Shown piece after piece: positions 58,140 through 64,000 of a DNA stretch of 64,000 nt. Positions within the stretch are counted from its first letter, which is position 1; every line of letters begins with the position of its first letter. The stretch comes from an uncultured Bacteroidota bacterium. Lineage in GTDB: Bacteria; CLD3; SB21; JBBIRG01. The stretch spans positions 28,618 to 92,617 of the forward strand of contig CAZSRX010000008.1 of the NCBI GenBank assembly GCA_964609675.1, given 5' to 3'. The notes beneath the pieces are model-generated. The model searched no databases. It was not told the DNA's origin and saw only the letters and a program-made list of their open reading frames with translations. The position numbers and the translations under genes were made by a program.

Positions 58140-58859
58140 ATGAAAAGCCCCCCTTTTAAACCGCCCATCCCGTTTTGCGAGGAATGCAAGTCCCGCCTGA
58201 AATCCGTATTTGCCGAACTGAAACCGAATCAGATGGAAGCGCTTTCGGGAAACAAGTGCGGTAATATTTATAAAAAAGGCCAGCTGGTTTTTTTGGAGGG
58301 CAACCGGCCGGCCGGATTATTCTGCATCTGCAGCGGCAAAGTCAAGGTGTATAAGGTCGGCGTGGACGGCAAGGAGCAAATCCTGCGACTGGCTAAGGAC
58401 GGCGAAATCGTCGGCTACCGGTCTTTAATGAGCGGCGAACTCTATCAGGCCTCTGCGTCCGTGCTCGAAGACTCGGCGATATGCTTCATTCCTAAAAATG
58501 TTTTTTTTGGCTTAATTCATAATGATGAGGAGTTATCCATGCGCATCGTACGGCTGATATCCGGCGACCTGCGCCGCGCCGAAAAGCGCATCTCCGATAT
58601 GGCCCAGAAAACCGTGCGCGAACGCCTCGCCGAAACGCTGATCATGCTGAAGGAATTCTCCGGCTGTGAAAAGGACCGCGTGACACTCAGCATTCACTTA
58701 ACCCGCGACGATTTGGCTAACATTGTCGGTGCGGCCACCGAAACCACCATCCGCCTGCTGACGGAATTCAAAGAAAACCGCCTGATTGACCTCCGCGGCC
58801 GAAAAATTAAAATCCTGAACCAGAAAAAGCTGGTGGATATCGCTAAAATGTACGACTGA
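58140..58859 (+). CDS. Crp/Fnr-family transcriptional regulator with an N-terminal CxxC Cys cluster (alternative GTG start 58107)
   Basis: FCEECKSR, NKCG, LFCICSGKVK; cNMP-binding beta-roll; VRERLAETL; HTH LTRDDLANIVGAATETTIRLLTEF. Confidence 0.9.
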   Translation: MKSPPFKPPIPFCEECKSRLKSVFAELKPNQMEALSGNKCGNIYKKGQLVFLEGNRPAGLFCICSGKVKVYKVGVDGKEQILRLAKDGEIVGYRSLMSGELYQASASVLEDSAICFIPKNVFFGLIHNDEELSMRIVRLISGDLRRAEKRISDMAQKTVRERLAETLIMLKEFSGCEKDRVTLSIHLTRDDLANIVGAATETTIRLLTEFKENRLIDLRGRKIKILNQKKLVDIAKMYD

Positions 58860-58917
58860 TCCGGTGGCGCTTTGGTTCACGCTCCCACCGCCTCATGATT
58901 CTGTCTTATCGAACGCT

Positions 58918-60489
58918 CTACTTGGCCATATCCATCGCGCGGAATTCGCGGATAACGGTAATTTTAACCTGGCCGGCGTAGGTAATGGTGGTTTCGATTT
59001 TATGAGCGACTTCATCGGCCAGTTGAATGACTTTAGTATCGTCAATAATATTAAAATCAACAAGAATACGCAGTTCGCGGCCGGCCTGAATAGCGAAGGC
59101 CTGCGTGACGCCGGGCATGGACAGCGCAATTGTTTCCAGATCGCGGAGGCGCTGGACATAGCTTTCGAACGCCTGACGGTGCGCGCCGGGACGTTCCTTG
59201 CTGATGCGGTTGGCGGCCTGCACGAGCACGCTGATGGGGTTCGCGATATTGGGTTCCTCGTGGTGCTGCAGGATGGCTTGCTGTACGGCAAGATTTTCCC
59301 CGTATTTGCGGGCGAGTTCTGCTCCGATGACGTTGTGGGGTTGTTCGGCGCGTTCCTGCGTGTAGCCGATGTCGTGCAGCATTCCGGCGCGCTTGGCTAA
59401 CTGAACGTCGAAGCCGAGCTCGGCGGCCATCAGTCCGGCGATGACCGAGGTTTCCAGACTGTGCTGCAGGAGGTTCTGGCCGCCGCTGCTGAGATACTTC
59501 AGCCGCCCGACCAGCTTGACGATTTCCAGATGCGAGCCGTGCACCGAGGCCTCGAACAGCGCTTCCTCGCCGGCGGCGATGACGGTTTCCTCAAAATCGC
59601 GCCGGGCTTTTTCCACAACATCCTCGATGCGGCCGGGATGGATGCGGCCGTCGGCGATCAGCGCCTGCATCGCCAGCCGCGCGATTTCCCGCCGGATGGG
59701 ATCGAAACCCGACAGCACGATCAGATTCGGCGTGTCGTCTATCAGCACTTCGCAGCCGGTGATGGTCTCAAACGCGCGGATGTTGCGGCCCTCGCGGCCG
59801 ATAATGCGGCCTTTCATCTCGTTGCTCGGCAGCGGCACCACCGTGATGGTGGATTCACGTACCTGTTCCAGGGCCGAACGGTCCATAGCCTGCAGAATAA
59901 TGTGGCGCGCTTCTTCGCGGGCGGTTAACTGCGCTTGTTCCTTGATGTTGCGTATCGTCTGCGCCGCATCGTTGCGGACGCGCTCGTACAGGTTGTTCAT
60001 CAGCACCTGTTTGGCTTCCTCGGCCGTCATCCGCGCCACCTGTTCCAACTTTTCGTTCTGCGCCTGAATCAGCGAATCCAGCTGGGCGGTCTTGCGGTTC
60101 AGTTCATCCTCCCTTTGTTTCAACTGGGTTTCCCGCTGACCGACTTCCCGTTCTTTGCGCGTGATCCAGTCGCCTTTCTGTTCGATGCTGCGTTCCCGCC
60201 GCAGGAAATCATCCTGCTGGGTTTTCAACTGAGCGCGGGCGGTTTTAGTCTGCTCGTCGAATTCGACTTTTTTGCGGTACCACTCTTCTTTCACCTCGAG
60301 CATTTTTTCCTTAATCAGGTTCTCGGCGTCTTTCTGCGCGTCCTGACGGATTTTCACGGCTTCCTGCTCGGCCTCACGGATCCGTTTGGCGGTATGCAAC
60401 CGGACGGCATAAATCTGCCCGAACAAAAAAGCGGCTACCACCAGTACGACGGCCGAAAGGATGATTGCAATCAGTATTATATCAGTCAT
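58918..60489 (-). CDS. rny: Ribonuclease Y (divergent HD domain)
   Basis: N-terminal TM, coiled coil, KH MKGRIIGREGRNIR, DGRIHPGRIE, HD-domain LHDIG, AIQAGRE; canonical position after zapA. Confidence 0.92.
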   Translation of the reverse strand: MTDIILIAIILSAVVLVVAAFLFGQIYAVRLHTAKRIREAEQEAVKIRQDAQKDAENLIKEKMLEVKEEWYRKKVEFDEQTKTARAQLKTQQDDFLRRERSIEQKGDWITRKEREVGQRETQLKQREDELNRKTAQLDSLIQAQNEKLEQVARMTAEEAKQVLMNNLYERVRNDAAQTIRNIKEQAQLTAREEARHIILQAMDRSALEQVRESTITVVPLPSNEMKGRIIGREGRNIRAFETITGCEVLIDDTPNLIVLSGFDPIRREIARLAMQALIADGRIHPGRIEDVVEKARRDFEETVIAAGEEALFEASVHGSHLEIVKLVGRLKYLSSGGQNLLQHSLETSVIAGLMAAELGFDVQLAKRAGMLHDIGYTQERAEQPHNVIGAELARKYGENLAVQQAILQHHEEPNIANPISVLVQAANRISKERPGAHRQAFESYVQRLRDLETIALSMPGVTQAFAIQAGRELRILVDFNIIDDTKVIQLADEVAHKIETTITYAGQVKITVIREFRAMDMAK

Positions 60490-60605
60490 GGTTTTCTTCT
60501 ATGGTTGATCTATATAAAATAAGTTAACTATGCAAAGAACCTTATCGCCGTTAACGGCGAATGAATGTCCTGCAGGTATGGAACGGAAGCGGTGTGAAAG
60601 GCGGC

Positions 60606-60974
60606 TTAGGTCTCTTCCTCAAACAACGACAAACTTTCTATTTCCGAAATCACCGGTGAGGGCAGGGGCTGTCCGGATTCGGCCGGCGGCGCGGACGTTT
60701 CCAGAAGATCAATGAATTTCTGGATGCGCCGTTCGTAGGCTTCCATTTGCCGGGTCATATCCTCACGGGTTCTGAAATACTCGTCAGTGATGTTAAGCGC
60801 CGCCAGGATCGCCACTTTTAATGAAGACTTGATCTGGCCGCCGCGGTGAATTTCCTGCATTTTCCGGTCGAGGTACTCGGCCACGCGGCGGATATGATCC
60901 GCCCCGGCATCACCCCGGATCATATAATCCGTGCCGAAAATGTTCACTTTGACGGTCTGTTTGTTGTCACTCAT
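60606..60974 (-). CDS. zapA: Cell division protein ZapA with a Pro/acidic C-terminal tail
   Basis: VKVNIFGTDYMI, VAEYLDRKM, VAILAALNITDE. Confidence 0.9.
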   Translation of the reverse strand: MSDNKQTVKVNIFGTDYMIRGDAGADHIRRVAEYLDRKMQEIHRGGQIKSSLKVAILAALNITDEYFRTREDMTRQMEAYERRIQKFIDLLETSAPPAESGQPLPSPVISEIESLSLFEEET

Positions 60975-61003
60975 GGGTTCCGTATCCTGAAGGATCTATG
61001 CAA

Positions 61004-61513
61004 TCACGGCTGTAAAAACAGCCGTTCCAATTGTTCGACTTTTTCCATGGCCTGCTCGATGCGCCGCCGGAGTTGTTTGGTTGTCTGCGGGTCGCGGACG
61101 GCGGCTTCGGTCTGGGCCGGTAATGGATTCATCATGATTTTTAGAGCCTGAATTTCTCCGTTAAGTTGCCGGTTCTGTTCGTTTAAGACATCGCACGTTT
61201 TTTTCCATTGGCTGAGTTCGGCCTGTGTTTGTTTCAGTGCGTCGTCTTTCTCGCGGATCAGCGTTTGCTGGCGCTTCAGCGTCTGCTCTTTCTCCCGCAA
61301 CGTTTTCTCTAACTGTTCCTGCGCTTCCAGCGGTTTGTATTTACGCTCCTGAAGCTGTAACAGCAACTCCGCGTTTTCCTTTTCCAGCCGGTGCATTTTT
61401 TCCAGACAGGCCAGAATTCGGCTCTCCAGTGTGTCCAGCCGGCCGGCAGCCAAAAAAACTTCCGGTGTGTCGGAGCTTCGTGATGCGGATTTTTTTGAGG
61501 CCTTTTTCATCAT
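61004..61513 (-). CDS. Coiled-coil protein in the ZapB-like position
   Basis: Continuous heptad pattern (LDTLESRI...LEKENAEL...); lies between pheT and zapA; ATGA overlap with the pheT stop. Confidence 0.65.
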   Translation of the reverse strand: MMKKASKKSASRSSDTPEVFLAAGRLDTLESRILACLEKMHRLEKENAELLLQLQERKYKPLEAQEQLEKTLREKEQTLKRQQTLIREKDDALKQTQAELSQWKKTCDVLNEQNRQLNGEIQALKIMMNPLPAQTEAAVRDPQTTKQLRRRIEQAMEKVEQLERLFLQP

Positions 61514-63921
61514 CCCTGCCGCAACTGCGCCTGATATTGTTTTTCCAGCCGCTTAATAATTTTACCCATCAGCACGTCTATTTCGTCTTCCGTCAGGGTC
61601 CGTTCCTCCGAACGGAAGGTCAGTGAAAACGCCACGCTTTTTTTATCTTCCGCTATCGGTTTTCCGGTATACACGTCAAATATACCAAGATGCGTCAGCA
61701 AGGCGCCGGCCGTCGAACGGATACTTTCCATCAATGCCCGGGCTTCTAAATCCCGCGCGACCGTCACGGCCAGATCTCTCTGGATCGATGGGAATCGTGA
61801 AATCGGTTGATAGGTTGTCGTAAAACGCGCTTCGCTCAGCAGCGCCTCAAAATCAAATTCAAAATACCAAACCGTGGTATCAATATCAAATTCCCGCAAT
61901 AACGGCTTTTTAATTTTTCCAAAATGCCCCAACTGAATTTTAGAAGCCGGCAAAACCAGTTCCATCGCTTGACTGGTATATATCAGATTAGTATACGTAT
62001 TATATTTAACGTTGTCAAGTTTAAACTGCGTTACGACCTCCTGGGCGAGGTTCTTTAAATCATAAAAATCAATCGGTTCAGACTTGGTTTGCCAGTGCTC
62101 CGGCGTCCGGTTACCGCAGGCGCATCCGGCAATTTTAATTTTTTCATCGGCCAATCCATTGGAATTTTTTCCTTTACGGTATATTTTACCGATTTCAAAA
62201 ATCCGCACATGTTCGTTTTTCTGGTACAGATTGGTTCGCAGGACTTCCAGCAGACTTGGGAGCATGCCGGCCCGGAGCACGGAAAAATCTTCGTTCAGAG
62301 GATTTATCAAACGTATACAATCCTCAGGACTAATGCCGTCGGTCATTTGAAAAGGTTTCGGGTTGACCATGGAGTTGGTAACCGCCTCGTCGAAACCGAT
62401 CCGCAAGAAGGTCTGGCGTATCAGGCGTGACAGCCGCTCGGATTTATTTTCCTCCGGCCGGTAATACACGGTCGCCTGCCGTGCGGACGGAAGGCGGTCG
62501 TAGCCGTAGATGCGCGCGACTTCTTCAATAAGGTCGTGCTCGGCGCGCAAATCCGTCCGGAACGAAGGCGGCACCACCGTAAACAGGCTGCTTCCCGTAA
62601 CGGATACCCGGCACCCGAGACTTTCAAGAATCGTCCTTACGGTATCGGCATTGATGGACGCATCCAGCAGGCGATGGACGACGGACAGGCGAAGCGTGAT
62701 TTCGGGCGGCTGGAAAGTCTTTACCTTTACATCGATAACGCCCGGGGCAAGCCGGCCGCCGGCCAGTTCGGTTATTAATTGAGCGGCGCGGTCAATGGCG
62801 TAGATCATACCGTCCGGATCCACGCCGCGGCTGAAGCGGACCGACGCATCGGAGGTAATCTGCAGCCGCTTGGAGGCCCTGCGGATGCGCACGGGCTCGA
62901 AATACGCCGACTCGAGCAACACATTCACGGTGCCGTCCGATATTTCGGAATTGCGGCCACCCATGATGCCGCCGAGCGCGATGGCTTTTTCCGCGTCGCA
63001 TATCAGGACCGTTTTTTCGGGCAGTGTATGTTCTTTTTCATCGAGCGTCTGGAAACGCTCACCGGCAGCCGACGCGCGCACGATGACGGCGTGCCCCGCG
63101 ATGCGATCGTAGTCGAACGCATGCAGCGGCTGCCCGCATTCCAGCAGGACATAGTTGGTGATGTCCACAATATTATTGATGGATCGCGACCCGACGGCCT
63201 CCAGCCGCTGCCGCAGCCAGTCCGGCGAAGGGCCAACCCGGATGCCACGGATCACGCGCGCGGCGTAGCGGGTACAGCCGTCCGTGTCCTCAATCTGGAC
63301 CGTAGCCAGTTGGTCAACCGGTTCTCCGGACTCCCGGATCCACGGAACCGGTTTTTTCAACTGCGCCCCAACCATAACAGCAATCTCGCGCGCGATGCCG
63401 AGCAGGCTCAGGCAGTCCGCGCGGTTGGAGGTCACATCGATATCCAGTATCACGTCGGAAACCTTCAGGTATTCGGCGAACGGCTGGCCGAGCCGGTGCG
63501 GCTGGCCGGGATCGAGATCCCAGATGCCCTCCGATTTGCCAGGTTCATAGCCCAGCTCGCTTTTCGAACAAATCATACCGCAGGAATCCACACCGCGGAT
63601 TTTCGCTTTTTTTATTTCAAAACCGCCGGGCATCTTCGTGCCTTCCAGCGCGACGGGCACTACCTGTCCGGCCGCCACATTCGGCGCTCCGCAGACAATC
63701 GAATACACTGCGCCGCCGGTGTCCACCTTGGTCAGGGATAGCCGGTCCGCGTTGGGGTGCTTCTGAACCTCCAGCACTTTCCCGATCACCACGCCCGGAA
63801 ACGGATCCATGATCTGTATCTCCTCCACTGTCAGCCCGATCATGCTCAGCTTTTTCGCCAGTTCCTTAGCCGGTATGGAAATGTCCACATATTCTTTAAG
63901 CCAGTTAACCGATACTTTCAT
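61510..63921 (-). CDS. pheT: Phenylalanyl-tRNA synthetase beta subunit
   Basis: MKVSVNWLKEY, HPNADRL, VCGAPNV, TSNRADCLS, RSINNIVDITNY, DLIEEVARIYGY, SRFPSIQRDL, KKSVAF. Confidence 0.97.
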   Translation of the reverse strand: MKVSVNWLKEYVDISIPAKELAKKLSMIGLTVEEIQIMDPFPGVVIGKVLEVQKHPNADRLSLTKVDTGGAVYSIVCGAPNVAAGQVVPVALEGTKMPGGFEIKKAKIRGVDSCGMICSKSELGYEPGKSEGIWDLDPGQPHRLGQPFAEYLKVSDVILDIDVTSNRADCLSLLGIAREIAVMVGAQLKKPVPWIRESGEPVDQLATVQIEDTDGCTRYAARVIRGIRVGPSPDWLRQRLEAVGSRSINNIVDITNYVLLECGQPLHAFDYDRIAGHAVIVRASAAGERFQTLDEKEHTLPEKTVLICDAEKAIALGGIMGGRNSEISDGTVNVLLESAYFEPVRIRRASKRLQITSDASVRFSRGVDPDGMIYAIDRAAQLITELAGGRLAPGVIDVKVKTFQPPEITLRLSVVHRLLDASINADTVRTILESLGCRVSVTGSSLFTVVPPSFRTDLRAEHDLIEEVARIYGYDRLPSARQATVYYRPEENKSERLSRLIRQTFLRIGFDEAVTNSMVNPKPFQMTDGISPEDCIRLINPLNEDFSVLRAGMLPSLLEVLRTNLYQKNEHVRIFEIGKIYRKGKNSNGLADEKIKIAGCACGNRTPEHWQTKSEPIDFYDLKNLAQEVVTQFKLDNVKYNTYTNLIYTSQAMELVLPASKIQLGHFGKIKKPLLREFDIDTTVWYFEFDFEALLSEARFTTTYQPISRFPSIQRDLAVTVARDLEARALMESIRSTAGALLTHLGIFDVYTGKPIAEDKKSVAFSLTFRSEERTLTEDEIDVLMGKIIKRLEKQYQAQLRQG

Positions 63922-63963
63922 GCTTTCTCCGGTAATTTATACAAATCTAAACGTATCGCGCGT

Positions 63964-63992
63964 AAAATATACTATAAACGGAAAATAATCAA
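63964..63992 (-). promoter_or_regulatory. Candidate promoter directly upstream of pheT
   Basis: Minus strand TTGATT (63992-63987) - 17 nt - TATTTT (63969-63964). Confidence 0.4.
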
Positions 63993-64000
63993 ATGGTTTT

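Noticed and set aside
4544-63741. Long antisense or alternate-frame ORFs (e.g. 4544-5575, 11855-12577, 25232-26056, 32101-33210, 57095-57946, 62779-63741)
   Set aside because: They shadow well-supported genes on the opposite strand or another frame, lack family motifs and RBSs, and are expected with high GC3.
1-64000. CRISPR arrays, IS elements or transposases, integrases, prophage genes, tRNA and rRNA genes
   Set aside because: No regularly spaced direct repeats, terminal inverted repeats, transposase/integrase/phage motifs or tRNA cloverleaf signatures were seen; apart from 3602-3964, the intergenic spaces are short (about 240 nt or less).

Overview
A 64 kb, gene-dense chromosomal window from a diderm bacterium that most likely belongs to the FCB group but not to Bacteroidota (inference). 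Support for this: FlgD-Ig-type 'NYPNPFNP' secretion tails, an FCB-type TrmD (CGHYKG), S16 with a long tail, GGAG Shine-Dalgarno sites and sigma70-like TTGxxx-N17-TAxxxT promoters. Housekeeping blocks are typA-ffh, rpsP-khpA-rimM-trmD-rplS, apt, korAB, glnA, tilS-hpt-ftsH-folP-cdaA, pta, dxs and pheT-zapB-like-zapA-rny. Interleaved with them is a type IX secretion (T9SS)-like surface-display set: a PorU-like C25 protease, a PorV-family barrel and an FN3 lipoprotein inside a ~17.6 kb apparent operon; a DUF6588-like barrel; and three further proteins with C-terminal secretion tails, including a 4759-aa protein built of five capped beta-helix super-repeats. The exported proteins are visibly enriched in D-[S/T]-[AILVMT], the Bacteroidota O-glycosylation sequon. 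Other oddities are a zinc-finger-less ClpX paralogue divergent from a Cys-rich Crp/Fnr regulator with two palindromic operator candidates, an RNase Y with Asn in place of the last HD-domain Asp, a GSI-beta glutamine synthetase with Phe at the adenylylation site, and reversed orphan batB-batA genes. I saw no tRNA, rRNA, CRISPR array, IS element or prophage. All family calls come from motif recognition by eye; no database searches were run.
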